A DNA stretch of 64,000 nt from assembly GCA_964035545.1 (NCBI GenBank), contig OZ037770.1, positions 1,178,001 to 1,242,000 on the forward strand, written 5' to 3'. The translations under genes were made by a program, and so were the position numbers. The notes beneath the pieces were generated by a model. It was not told the origin of the DNA. It made no database searches and saw nothing but the letters and a program-made list of their open reading frames with translations. Shown piece by piece: positions 1 through 29,980 of this stretch; within the stretch, counting starts at the first letter, position 1; the number at the start of each line of letters is the position of its first letter. This DNA is from Bugula neritina (Eukaryota > Animalia > Bryozoa).

Positions 1-571
1 TAGATACACTGTATAGCATGTCGTCAATAGATAATCTGTATAGCTTAGAGTCCATATTGTAAGGCTTAGCATGGCTTAGCATATCATTATTTATACTGCC
101 TACATTTTACACTCCTATGGCACGCCCTACCTTATGGAGTTGGTATCGTCAACTGTGTGTTGTATTTCTTCAGTTCCAATATTGCAATTCTCTAGGTATA
201 CGGGAGTTGAATGGATATATGTGGGTTAATGTTGTTTTTTTACAGATTTACTCTAAGAATTGAAGCTAAGTCAATCATGTAGGTCATGGAAGAATGTGGT
301 TATTATAGAAAAAGTAATTTATTAAATAAATTTCCCCCATAATCCTCTTTCAAAAGATTGTAATGAAATAGTAACTGGAATCTTACGGTCTGTTTAAATT
401 ATAAATATTTTGTGAAAACTGCAGCTGGTATTATATACGTGTGAGTGTGTAAAATAAGTAAATTAAGTAAAATAATCTAGTTTTTAAAGAACCAAATCAA
501 ATAATAATGCTCGCTGGTAAAAGCATTTAACCAATCAGAGCTTATATGATGACGAAATGTTGTCTTTACAG

Positions 572-2782
572 GTTCAGTCAGTGCATATCTCCACTTGCCT
601 ATCCAAGCCTGTGCTCCTTGTCTCTATACTGTTCTCTCTCATGCTAAGTTCCAACAACTACTGTCTAAAGTTGGTTGGAGTTGCCTTCTTCCAGATAGCC
701 CGCTCCTTTACGTTGATATTCACTGTGATATTCTCCGCTCTGATTCTAAAAAAGAGGGTGTCTTGTGCAGTGTTTGCCTGCTGCGCCATGGTAGTCTCCG
801 GCTTTCTCATCGGAGTGGACCAGGAGAAGGTGAGGATTTTTCCTAATTGGATGACTCGTAAAGTTAGTGAGTCATAGTTTAACTGACTCATAGTTAGAGT
901 AACTCAGAGTTACAGTCACGCGTAGTTGCAGTGACTCATGGTTAGAGTGAGTCTGAGTTATACTGACTCATAGTGACTCAGTCTAACTCAAAGTTAGGCT
1001 GGATAGTTATTCATTAAATGAGTCGTAGTTAGAATGAGTCACTGTTAAAGTTCCTCATAGTTAGTGAGTTAATACTAGTATAGGTTGAATACAGAGGGAC
1101 TTGGAGTATAATGAATAACGGTTGTACTAGTCTATTTGAGTGAGAGTTACACATCCAGTGTTAGTCATATATAGTATTGTATCGCAGTTTGGCTATTAGA
1201 GTGAATAATCTTAAATTCTAAGTATGCTTATAATCAACATGTTTACTAACTTAAATCACCAGTTTTGAGTGATATCATGTGTTCAAAATGACAAATCCCC
1301 AGAACTAAAGTTTCCTAAGTAGAAGGAAAGCTCGTTGTACACATAACTTAATAATATGTTATGTTGTGGTTGGAGTTGCTCTCCCATGTGTATCTTCTGC
1401 AGGCGTCTGGCACGCTCTCCACGCTGGGGGTCCTTTCTGGCGTAACGTCTAGTCTCTTTGTCGCACTCAATGGTATATATACGAAGAAAGCTCTGGAAAT
1501 GGAGGAAATGGATTCGGTGAAGCTCACTCTACACATCAATGTCAACGCGTCATTCTTGCTTCTATTTCCTTCTGTTCTCACCGGACAGGTAGAGTTGATT
1601 GTGTGCTTTGCTCTGTAATATCCCCTTGTGTAGTGGTTTAACTGGAAACGCAGTAAATATTATATATATAGAATGATATTTTTAATGATAGATTTTATAA
1701 CTAAAGGTTAAACTGAGTATTAGTTTGACGATTCTACACTTAGTAGTTAGTATACACATGATAGTAATCAAATCAAGCATTATGATTACATAGTTAATCA
1801 GTTTCTCAGTCACTCACTCTTGGTCATCCATTTGCTCACTCTCACTCACTCACCCTATCTCTAAGTTTCTTGTCTAATTAATTACTTGCTTTCACTTGAA
1901 AATATTATTCATTGAACAGACAGAATATCCCAACAATCAACGTGTAAAGCTGTGCGACTCACAAAATAAACCAGCTTGAGATTTGTCTTCTTTCTACTTA
2001 TCTAGTTTACATGTGTTTAGCTGTGGTTCCAGGTGTCTAATATTCTGGAGATGGGCCGTCTAGCTGACCCCACATTCTGGATAGCCACACTCCTCTCTGG
2101 TTTCCTGGGGTTCCTCATAGCCTGGGCCAGTGCCAGGCAGATAGACTTCACGTCCCCCATTACGCACCACATAAGCAATAACACTAAGTCTATCATTCAG
2201 GTTGGTTGTGAGTTCTGAGGCTAAACTGTTTGCTCCGTCTAAAAGCCGCAGTATCAACTTTCACTTTGATGTATGCCAGCTTACATGAATAGTGTTCAAA
2301 ATGATTTTTTTTTTCTACGACGAAATTATTTGAAGCATAAAAATCTCTCTAACCCAATAGTTATTGCTAATTGATTTTAGCTTAAGCAAATTCCTTTCAA
2401 CTATCAAAATTTTATTGGAGTTATTTTCTCTCTGCAGCTTTTTATTCAGGAGTTACAGCTTCATGTCTCTTTCCAGCCTCAGCATTTAAGACGGGCTTTA
2501 CCTAATATCCAAGTGATAGCAAACACTAGACATAACCATTCGAACTATCAAGATTCTGTTGGAGTTATTGTCTCTTCATAAACACGCTATGCTTGATATC
2601 TATTTCAGTCACTCCTAGCAGTTTGGGTGTACAGCGATTATAAAACAGGACTATGGTGGGCGGGATGTGTAGTCGTGCTATTTGGTGCCTTCTCATACGC
2701 TCTCGTGAGAATGAGGGAAGAAAGGACGTCATCAGAAAAGGTGGTGCTAGCTGTTCAATCCGAGCGTAGTAGTATAGTATGA
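572..2782 (+). CDS. SLC35C1: GDP-fucose transporter-like nucleotide-sugar transporter (SLC35C1 family), 3' four coding exons; 5' exons not located, probably upstream of the window
   Basis: Exons 572-829, 1403-1588, 2033-2200, 2609-2782 with GT-AG phase-0 junctions and stop TGA at 2780-2782. Translation NNYCLKLVGVAFFQIARS...GVDQEK/ASGTLS...QIDFTSPITH...KTGLWW follows the SLC35C1 pattern (NNLCLKYVGVAFY..RS, GVDQE, QIKFTSPLTH, KSFLWW). Divergent at key motifs, so it may be a paralog. Confidence 0.8.
850..1075. repeat. Degenerate ~16-bp repeat rich in TGA(C/G)TCA, in an SLC35C1-like intron
   Basis: Recurrent tgactcatagttagag / tgagtcatagtt units; six TGASTCA heptamers within about 170 bp. Confidence 0.55.
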
Positions 2783-4646
2783 TACTCTACACCACTGTAT
2801 TCACCCCCTTCCAGTGTATCCACCACTGCCATAACTAGTTTATACAGTAAAACACCTCTATATACTTTTGTATGTCAAATATATTTATATTTTTGTTATA
2901 CCAATTACTCCAAATGTTACATATTTATAGCCATACTTTAAATTCTATAAGTTTTGTAGTTAGTATACAGCAATATTCTTATAGCTTTATAGACTCTAAA
3001 ACAATAGTTATTTTTATAATGTCTTCCTATATATTCTAGTTATCTGTTTATTCTACAACGCATACATTCAGTTATAGTTGGTAGTTATCCTCTCTTTTTG
3101 TCTTGAGCAGTTTTTCTTGCCAAGTTTAGCAAAGGATGCCTCTTTTGGCTATAATTAAGTTGATAGTTTTAGGCCAAAGTTGATTTCATATCTAAATTTA
3201 CTAAATCATATATCATACATGTTATTAAATTGTGGCTGCTGCAGTCGTATTCTAGTACTCTTGTACTTGGACTAAATCTTGCAGGTAAAATTTCAGCTTT
3301 TGCTCAGCAACTGTTCACTATGCAAATGTTACATCATACGTTCATAGCATTTGAATGAAAGCCAAACTAAATGAACTTTTTATACTTTTAGAGTTAAGAC
3401 AAACCAGACTTGGTCATTTTATCACTCCGACTCTATACTGTATCACACTTATATTATTATCCAATTATTTATTATATTTAATACTAATTCTATGCTCTCA
3501 GTTCTATTTATTAAGGCAGCCAATTTTGCGCATTGATTTTTTTTATTGTAAATTATTGCCACAGTTTCTAGTTTTTTGTAAGTTACTGGTGCTTTATGTG
3601 ATCTTCCTATCTTTAACAATATATATTAACTGTATTTTGTATGTTTATAATAGTTACAAATATAATGGACATAGTGTAATAAAACCAAGTTTATTTGTAA
3701 ATGGAATGTTAGTGTTTGCTGTATTTTGGAAATAAAAGAAATGGTGATATATTAGTTAGTGAGGAAAATGCAAGTGCAAAAATTTTATAATAAATAAAAT
3801 GATTTAATTTGTGCAGCTAAAATAGTCACAATATAGAACATAACATTTTATATTACCTAGTATTTTATTTGGAGTTTGGAGCAAAGGAAACTGTCAGTGT
3901 ACAAGAGTTGCCCCCCCTTGAAGATTGTCAGCTGACAAAGAGGTCTACTAATTCTAACCTACATTTCGTACTAAGACGTTGATGAAAAGTATTTAAATAA
4001 TAACTAAATATCCTAATATTAGGTTAATAGATATGATAATCTGGAGATATTCTCTAAACTTCGGGTTATCCAATAGATAATATGTTGCGGAAAACCCAAA
4101 GAAGGAATCACAATTGGCACAGATTTCACCTCCGAATTGTAGCCCTGCAATGAATATGAGAAACAATAATACCCGTACAATACACATCGAAAGGGACACA
4201 ACTCTAACGCATCTGACAAAGCTATTGATTGTATCAACATTTTCTCAAATATAAATTATTCAATGATAGTTTAAACCATAATTTCTATTAGATGCAGCAA
4301 AATATTAATAATGACCGCCTATTCAAAATCACTAGCTGATCAGAAACAATATCAGTAGCAGAACATATTGTGGTCCTACAGCAACAAACTTAAATTACCA
4401 AGCTGAAAGAAATACTCGATTTTCATAAAGAGCTGAAAGAATAATTTGAGAGTTATCTGCTCTAAGAATATAGTACAACAGTAGATGAGGCTAGCTGACA
4501 AATTTCTAACAAGGAAATTGTATGATCTGGAAGACAATTCCCAATTAGGGTATTGAGAATACAAGAAGCACCTGCTGTCACCTGCCACTGTCTGTGGTGA
4601 CACACAAAACATGTGTTATTATATACATGACAGCTCACCAGAAAGG

Positions 4647-8697
<4,051 letters not shown>

Positions 8698-10594
8698 TCT
8701 ACATCGGAAAAAAATGTGGCCGCTGACGACCCTACTCTCCCCTAGAGCTTCTACCAAGTTCAAACTGCAATAGTTGTACTAACATCATTAGCTAAGGTCA
8801 GATGACTAGCAAAAGCAAATAAGACCAATTGCTTTGTTATTAATTATTAAATTCACCTACACAAAGAGCGAAAGCCACCTTTAATGTCTTCATACTAGAA
8901 ACTACAACTAGGAAAATCAGTAAATGATAAAATCATATTCAAAAATTATGAATATGAAGTCGTGTTCCCAGTACATTACTAGGTTATTGTGATCAATACC
9001 TCTATAACCATAAAAAAACTAATATGTAATATAGTGTAAAGGAAAACAATTGGTAAAATTTGAGTTACAGATCGAATGATTATATTCATATTGATGATAA
9101 TTGTAGGATTTACTATCAGTACGAGTATCAGTATGGCTATGAGTAGTAATTACAGTTAGTGACATTAAGGGTAAGTTACTGTCAATATTAGTAATACTAC
9201 AGTACTAGTAGCTAACAATAGTTTAACTTTATAAGTATAGTTATACTTAAAGTGACATTCACTATGACGATGAGTATAAATAACACCATCTTTATCTACT
9301 AACTTAAACTAGCATGAACCATGAGCACAATTGATGATTCTCCTAAATCATTATGATATTAAATTTAATATAAAACAGACCGCAATAAAATGACAAAATC
9401 AGTACCAGTTTTAGTAAGAAAATCAATATTACTATGACTATGAGTATGAGTATGAGCATCACCATCAGTGCTAGTAATAGTACCAGTGCTGCGTGCATAC
9501 TTTTAGTAATAGTTATAACTTATATTTATAAGTTACGAATTATGAGTATGCTCATACAATCAATCAATCAATATTTACTAGCTTTAATATTTATTTTTAA
9601 GGATTAAACATTACGAAAATGAATATCAGTAATGATTAATAATTATCATTATTGTTATCATAATGATAATAGTAATAGTCATTAATCATAATTACTTATC
9701 AGTTAATGATTATGAAAAATATTTTATTATCATTATGATTATTATTATTATCATTGGAACTGTCTCCGGGCTTTGAAATACAATACTTAAAGTTAAAGTT
9801 AAAGGTAATAACAAATAACTATTTTTGAAGAAATTACCGCTAGCTCAGGTTGTGTATTTATTGTATCAAATTGTGCAATGGGTCAGAGAAAAAAATTGAA
9901 ATAGTAAAAAGAAATTAATACAATTTAACAATAGGTGAATGATAATTTTTTTAAGAAATGTCTGAATTGGCAACCGTACAAGAACTAACACGTTACCAAG
10001 AAGCCTGATTGGACTAATCAGATTTAAGGATTAACGTCGTTATCCAATTATGTTATGATTTCTCAATTTCCACGAGTCCAGCTTTACAGCAAGTAAAGTG
10101 AAACCTCACGCTAATACAAATAGTGAGCACAACTCTTACTACATGATTACGAATCCCCATTTATGTCATATTTGTTACTAGCAAAGCACTTAAAATAATA
10201 CTGAGAAATCATATATAATTAGTTGAATAAGGTTTTAAAGAAATGGAAAGACTCAAAGTTGATGTTGTTAAATTAACTGTATTGATAGTGAGTATTAGTT
10301 TGGTGTAGTTAGAATATGCTAAGAACATTGTCATACAATGCAACTAAAGACATGAGCTAAAAATGCGCTGAGAGTGGAAAACCCCTGACCACAGTATTTA
10401 AAAATTTCATAAATTCAAATATTGAATGATACTGACCAATGTCATAGTACAAGAAGCATACTAAAAATATATTAAATTCAAACATAAGAAAATAGAAGAA
10501 GACTAAGTTTGGTGTATGGAATCAACACAAGTCGGACTGTTGATGTCTACACAAATGTTCAAATGCTGCACAAATTGTTAGGCAATTCAATCCG

Positions 10595-22504
<11,910 letters not shown>

Positions 22505-25500
22505 GGTGTAGACGTGGTCCGGCCTGGTGAGAGGGGTACATGCAAATGTTAATTAGTATAATGAACAAAATACGAAGTTTCCCCTACTAATAGTACATGA
22601 AATACACTAGCTTACATAAAGTTTTACAAGTAGACACCCATAATATATATATATTTATACTCCAAAACAACAAGAAATCTTAAAACCTCACCATGTTTGT
22701 GCGGAGTTGTTGAAAGCAACATGCCAAGACCGCATGATTTGTAATAATGACTCAGTTACATAATACTTGTTTACAACATACCTATGGTGTTTTAAAATGT
22801 GAAAAACTTGACTCAGTGATGCTGTAGCTTCCTATTCGTTATCAAAAATTAATGATGCAAAAATAAAATTATCAATTCAATTATTAAATACATCTAATTA
22901 ATGCTGTTTTGGCAGATTGACATAGTATAAAGTTTTATCGAAAAGAATAAAAATATTTAATTAAATCATTACTTTTAATAAATCCAGAATCAAAAAAGAG
23001 TAAAAAATATTAAACTTTTCATTACGATATGCAACTCAAATGACATTTGAGTCGAATCATCGAATCGTAGTCAAAATCATCAACCTTTATCCAAAATTAT
23101 TATGATTACTTGTTAATATTCTAAATTAAAAACTCCAATATAACCTAACTGAAGACTTGAATATAAATGACAGTCTATCGTCTACAGTACTGAACTATTA
23201 TCGTGTATTACTAGTATTTAATCAAAACTTCAACTTGAGTAAGTAAATAGTCATAATATAAGTGACGTTAGTGTAAGTCAAAATTTATTTCATACCAATA
23301 GTCATACCGAAGAGTCAAGCCATTGTCTAAATCAGATAGATTAACTCAAACTCAATCTCAATGTGAGTTTCAATTTATCAATTTATAAATATTAATCTAC
23401 AAGGACAGTAATGGATAAGTCTGATATCTACAGTTAGCAACTCTATTACTATTAGAATTACTGCTAGCATCACTATAAGTATAAGTACCTGTATCAATAT
23501 GAATACAAATATAACTATAAGTATAAGCATAATTTATAAGAACTATTATAGCCAAGTGATAGTATCAAATTCATGTTTAATATCAGTAAACTTGTGAGCA
23601 TGAGTGTAACTGTAAGACTATTAGTATTACTATGAGTATTAGTAGGCTTACTAGTATTAAATATCATCCATTTATTATACATATTTATTCTTAGTTTTGG
23701 CATTGCCTCATTTTAATTTTATTGTATTTGTAACACTAACAGTAACATCATATTGATATTAATTTAACTTAATAAACTTAGCAAACTAATTTTTTGAAAA
23801 TATAAGTAGACGATTGAATAATTTATAATTAATAATATTAATACTCATAGTCACTGATAGTGCAACTCTAAAAGTAAAATTGAAAATGAATCTGAATATG
23901 TGCTTCGCTGTAAAGATCACGTTGGTGGTACCCGTACCGGTAGGAATTGGTGAAACTGAATAATCATAATGAATCACTATTACTATTAGTATTACTATTA
24001 GTATTAGTGTTACTATTAGTATTAGTATAAGTATTAGTTTGAGTTTCAGTTGACCTTACGGCTTACCCTTATTTTTAGTTTTAGCTTACCGTTTGAGATT
24101 GACTTCGTTGTGAGCTTGAGTTTAGGTGCGGCTTAAAAGTAGATACGAGTGCAACTTCAACTTCAAGTTCAACTTGGAGTTTAAATTCTAGTTTAGTTGG
24201 AGTTCGAAGTGAGAGAATCGGAAGATTAACTATTCCAACAGTTTGAGCTAGTTGTTGTTACTGTTAGCCGCTTTGCTAGCTCCAACTAATACTTTCAGTA
24301 TCACAGCCAGTTTGAGTTTCACTTTTAGTTACAGTGATTCACTATCAGTATCACTATGAGATTGAGAATGACTATCACTATGAGTACGGGTATCAGTATG
24401 ACTTTGGTATGAGTATGAGTATGTCCGACTCCAAGACTAAGATTACTGATTAGGTTAGCAAGTTACAGTGCTTTTGCTTGAGAAACGAATATATCACATG
24501 GTCGTTTATATGTGAAATTACTATCGACATTAAAAAAGTAGGTCTTTAACTTTGAATCTTGATCTGCCATCAATAGCCATACTGACACCAGTTGTGTTCT
24601 TTGCAGCCATGATGTTTTTTGATCTCGGGTAGCCTGTAACCTAAGGGTTTCGTGCAATTTTCGCCGCGGGGCATCTATAATCCAGACAACTACCACCTGT
24701 CGGGTGAAACTAAGGTTAGCACACTGCACATAATGTCGGCTTGAATGCATAGCATAGCTTTAGCTCTAGCTAAAGCTATCGGAAGAAAAATATTGATTTT
24801 AATATGAATAGCCGATTATAATCCTCAACTGCATTAATGACGGTGGGGGGGGGGGGGCGGAGCACTCAATACAAAATTTACGTTGTCCATAGAATAATTA
24901 ATAACTGATGTTTGGCATAATAATAAGAATTTTTTCTTTGATAATATCGTTACTCATTATCCACGAATTCTGCCATTCAAACAAGTGATCTAAGAAGCTG
25001 CTAAAAGAAAACTTCAAGGTACTATCTCATTAAGGTAAAGCCATTAAATTGTGCATTGGCACAATAATTTTAAAGTAGAGATTATAGAGAACAGATTTAA
25101 TAATAATATTTAAACTATAACAAATAAGCCCAGCACTGTTACATATGCTAAAGTCTACACCAGCCCATACTCTTTAGAATGTGCAATCTATGTGGATGGG
25201 GGTCCTGGTAACACCCAGAAACTGTTTGCTAATTTTCTGAAGAAACTACACTATGACAATAAATTAAACTGCTAAATATCCAGTTTGGTTTAGTATATAA
25301 GGTGACATAATTATTATGGCAAATAGTTATTGAAATCCATTGAATGCACTACTTATTTTTCAGTTCAGATTTATAAATTTATAATCATACATATTAATAT
25401 AATAAACAAAATATTATAATCTACAACGAATTAGATTCACAAATCTAGTACAAAGAACACGTATCCATATTGAGTAATAATTTAGAAAATTGGAGTTATC

Positions 25501-26366
25501 ATATCTTGGTACAAGCCATTACTCATGGCAAATTACTTGATAAGTATTTCTATTTCATTTATTCAAACTCTCTATTTCTTTAAAAGAAGCCTGATAGTAA
25601 AGTCTTTTGTGCAAAAGACTTTTTGCATAGTTTGAGTAGCTTCATTGTGGTACAAGAACAAAACTTTACCAAAATATAGTCACAATGGCGCTTTCGGGAT
25701 TCAAACCTTCCTTCACTGTAGCGTTCTATAGAGTTTGCCTGCTAGACTGGAACCACAATTATATAATAATTGTTATGCAAACTATTTGATATATATCAGG
25801 AGTAACCATGATAAGGTTGGCTCACTGGTCTAATGAGAATGCTAGCAGGTTTCTGGTTTGAATCCCAGTAAACCGTGTTTTTGATCAAATTGATTTCCAC
25901 AAAAAATTTAGGATTTTAGATATAATATTTTATGCATAATATATCTTTTAGTCTACCTTCAACAGGACTGAAGTTACAAATTTTGAACATGTGCAATACA
26001 TAGTTATGGGAAGACAACTTTAACTTGCATAGAAAATAATTTTTTTAATAAATCTATTTATTATAAGCTATAGTTTATGTGGTAGGAGGTGCAAACATGC
26101 ATGCATAAATTGCAAATAGGAAACTTCAAATATATTTTTAAATAAAAATTCTCTCAAATAAACAAATCAATGAAACTGTTACAATAATTATAATTTTCTT
26201 TGTTTTAATGTTCATAATTTATTTTAGTCTCTGTAATAATTTATCCGTAATTAAAATAATCAGATGCATTTGCTAATTGCGACGAACTAAATTCACAACT
26301 CAGCAATCAATTTAAGATTTAAATGCCTGAATTTAACTTTAGTGAACTGGGTGACACAAATAAACA

Positions 26367-26435
26367 CTATATATTATTATACTATATTATATTATATTAT
26401 ATTATATTATATTATATTATATTATATTATATTAT
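26367..26435. repeat. (ATATT)n microsatellite
   Basis: Direct pentanucleotide run. Confidence 0.9.
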
Positions 26436-28211
26436 AAGATTAAAAGATAATATTTATAACAATGAGCAACGTTTGCATTGAGCGGCATGCAGTCCTAAAT
26501 CTAGAATCTACAGTCAGGTTGCAAATCCAGGCTAAACGGAGGGAAACCTAAAATATATACATCACAGGTGATACCTACAATATAATATATAGCTTGTAAA
26601 AAGTAAAACATGCATATGGCACTAACAGTAAGTTCTGGGTATGTATGGAATTGAAATCACACAACTGTGGTCTAGTTTTTGTTAGCATTTCCACTTTCAG
26701 TTCCATTTTTGTGCTGCCAACTCACTGAACTAATACGTTAATATATTACATTATGAGATAAGTGTAGTATGTATATAGTATACAGTGTAGCATAACATAC
26801 AATATAAGTATATAGTATATAACATTATAGTATACATAGTATAGTAGGTATAGCTGCAATGTTATCATATTGAATGCAGGCTTATATAATCCAATATCAG
26901 TATTTTTCTTTATTCCAACCTCCATCTTGGTAAATTGTTATTCCACATGGGTACTCAAATCTTGTTAATTTAGGCAATTTCGTGTGTCTGGTTACATCGT
27001 ATTTCTTCAGCTATTTTGATACCCTCTCTCCTATCTCTATAGTTTGTCTGGTATTTTACTTCTGTTATTCCAATGGACAAGGTTGGCAATGCGCCAATTG
27101 GCTAACTTTCTTAACATTTTCTGCAATAAATGATTAAAAACAGCCGAATTAGGGCTCAGTTTAGACTTCTCCTATTCATGCAAGCTTTGCTTTTTCTTGT
27201 TTTTCATTTCCCCAGGCCTAGCAGTACAGTCTCCATGCTTATCTTTGGCCATTAATTTTGTAAACATAAATAAATATTGCATGACTATCTTCATTTGTTA
27301 AAATTTATAAATTTTTAGAAAACTTTTAGAAAATACAGTAATATAGACGAAAAAGCTTGTGAGACGTTTATATATTAGTAACGTTATTCTTTTCTAAATT
27401 CCATTATAAATAGTATATCATATATACTTAATAATATATATAAGTATATTATATAATATTGTATATTGCATGTCATAATATATGATATAATGTATACTAT
27501 ATACTATAGATATTAAATTGTATATAATTATAATATAATACTTATTACTATTTAATACAGAATATTATATCATACTATAAAATATAACATATTACATATT
27601 TTTCATAATAAGTTATATATATATTAATTAGTATTAGTGTGTAGTATTAGTATTGTAAACTTGTTATTCTCTTCTATAACCTAAGTATGCTACTGCAGAG
27701 TAACAATAATCTAATAATAGAATAATGTTTATTGATCTGGAGCTTACTCAGCAAATACAAGAGCAGCAAACAATTAAATCAATAGAATGCCTAAAGGGTG
27801 CTGACTGAATGAATAACTACCACTTGATGCCCTGCTGCTTGGCTGTGCACATGTGTTCGAGTGGAAGTGGTAAAGTTTGAGTTTAACTGCCTATCACTAC
27901 TCTAATATATTAGTTTCTATTATAGAAGTCAAAGGAATACTTCATCAATGTAAGGTAAATATTTAACACAGTTATAAAAATATATATTATGGTGATAATC
28001 TTTAAACTTCACAAGTAAAGCTTTCTTCTAGATAAGCTATAGCTTTTGTTATATCGCCTAGGTTTTATGATGTCATATAGATAAACACTCTTCTATGCTT
28101 TTTGTTCACAACACTATTTGTGAATATGCATTTGACTAGAGGTTAAAATAAAAGGAAACTGTACTTATTTGCTGTGTATTTCAATTTGTACTGTGATGAG
28201 ACTTGTAAACG

Positions 28212-28261
28212 CAACACACACAACACACACTCACACAATCACAACACACATGCACACACAT

Positions 28262-28295
<34 letters not shown>

Positions 28296-28559
28296 CACAC
28301 ACACAACACACACACACACACACACAAGACACACACACACACACACACGCACACACACACACACAACACACACACAACACACACACACACTCACACACGC
28401 ACACACGCACACACACACACAACACACACACTCACACACACACACACACAACACACACACTCACACACGCACACAACACACACACACAACACACACACAC
28501 TCACACACACACACACACAACACACACACACACACGCACACACGCACACACACACACAC

Positions 28560-28592
<33 letters not shown>

Positions 28593-28598
28593 CACGCA
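28212..28598. repeat. Imperfect (CA)n microsatellite
   Basis: About 390 bp CA run; source of the spurious HT/CV ORFs. Confidence 0.95.
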
Positions 28599-29386
28599 CA
28601 AGCTAAAATTGATGCTTCACTTGATCATTATGCACTGTTCTGAGTTTGTTTAGCTGAAGCTTAAAGAACGAATCAATAGAATATGCATAAAGTAGTTTAA
28701 CAAGTTTCAACAAAATTGATTGATTGCAATCCTTCTACTACCTCAACCTGCTCGATATATTCAATTGAGATATTATTTATTCTTGTACCTTTTACTGTAA
28801 TAACTCTCTTGATGTCATTATAGGTCTATCAGTCATATTGTTGATATTACACAATGTTATGCCCTTAGGAAGAGTAGTTCCTGCTTTTCATTAACATTCT
28901 GAACGTTTTGTAGCTTCAAAACTATTTATTGTTACACAAGTCAATATAATGAGACATTATGCAATGAGGAAACCAGATTACGTAACAGTCAGTCAGGTAT
29001 CAGCTAGGTGTTTGTGTCAGCTACTATAGGTATCAGCAAGATACTCTTCAACTAGTGCATTTGCAAGATCTCTCAAGGTTTAGTCTTTACATTTTCATAC
29101 ATGGAAGTCTTATTCTTAGCATAAGTTCTTGTTTACTTACAAGGCATCATAAACTAGGCACATAGTCTAAAGTTAACCAGGAGTTAAATAAGTCATTAGA
29201 ATTAGCTCTAATGAGTGTCTTTGAACTGCATTAGCTTCTATTGAAATCTATTCAGAATGACGTAGTTGATTGTGCAAACTGCTCATAAAGTCTTTTGAAT
29301 ATTGTTATTATTTCTATAGTCACTTGTTAATAACTTCCCCAATTAACTTTCATACGCAATCATATTTCTTTTTCAGTTAAGGAAAG

Positions 29387-29980
29387 ATGAAAAACTTCAA
29401 AGAGTGTCTTTTTCTCGTTTGCTTAGTACTATGTTTGTCCCAAAGCAAAGCTAGGAAGCTGAGACTACCGTCCCTCATGAATGTAACAAGCATCTCACGG
29501 GAACCACACTCTATCACTTTGACTTGGAACCTTTCAGACCCGGACAACGTTATCGAGAGGTGGCAAGTAACAACCGTAGATTTAGACTATGAATTCATTG
29601 CTAGCTACGAAGGAGAGGCTAACATAGACCTTGTTGAGAGAATAGCTAAAGTGAACGTACACATGCCTGATACGAGATACAACATCTGCCTCATTGCCTA
29701 CTTCAACTCATCTGCTGTTCAACAATTACGAGCTGGAAGTACGAGGTCGTGTGACGTGTACAGGAGCATACCTCTTTTACTAAAGAGTAGTCTCGTACCC
29801 TTGTTGGTGGTGGTGGGCGTGTTCACCGTCCTCGTCCTACTCGGAGCCATCAGTTACAAGGTTAAGGAGTTGTCTATACAGAGTCATCAGTACGCTAAGG
29901 CGGAAAGTGACAGCCCCGACCCTAGTCAAAATGGAATTGACAAAAATACCACACTCCCGTCCAATCACATTGAAATGTGA
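29387..29980 (+). CDS. Small type I membrane protein: signal peptide, one fibronectin type III-like domain, TM helix, short cytoplasmic tail (197 aa)
   Basis: Uninterrupted ORF with a polypyrimidine-CAG acceptor 10 nt before the ATG. Hydrophobic N-terminus, FN3 hallmarks (SITLTW; PDTRYNICLIA), TM segment LVPLLVVVGVFTVLVLLGAISY followed by KVK. Confidence 0.8.
   Translation: MKNFKECLFLVCLVLCLSQSKARKLRLPSLMNVTSISREPHSITLTWNLSDPDNVIERWQVTTVDLDYEFIASYEGEANIDLVERIAKVNVHMPDTRYNICLIAYFNSSAVQQLRAGSTRSCDVYRSIPLLLKSSLVPLLVVVGVFTVLVLLGAISYKVKELSIQSHQYAKAESDSPDPSQNGIDKNTTLPSNHIEM

Noticed and set aside
3355-3735. 126-aa hydrophobic ORF between the SLC35 genes
   Set aside because: AT-rich 3' UTR or intergenic composition, with no motifs or splice support.
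28169-28653. His-Thr and Cys-Val repeat ORFs
   Set aside because: Translations of a (CA)n microsatellite.
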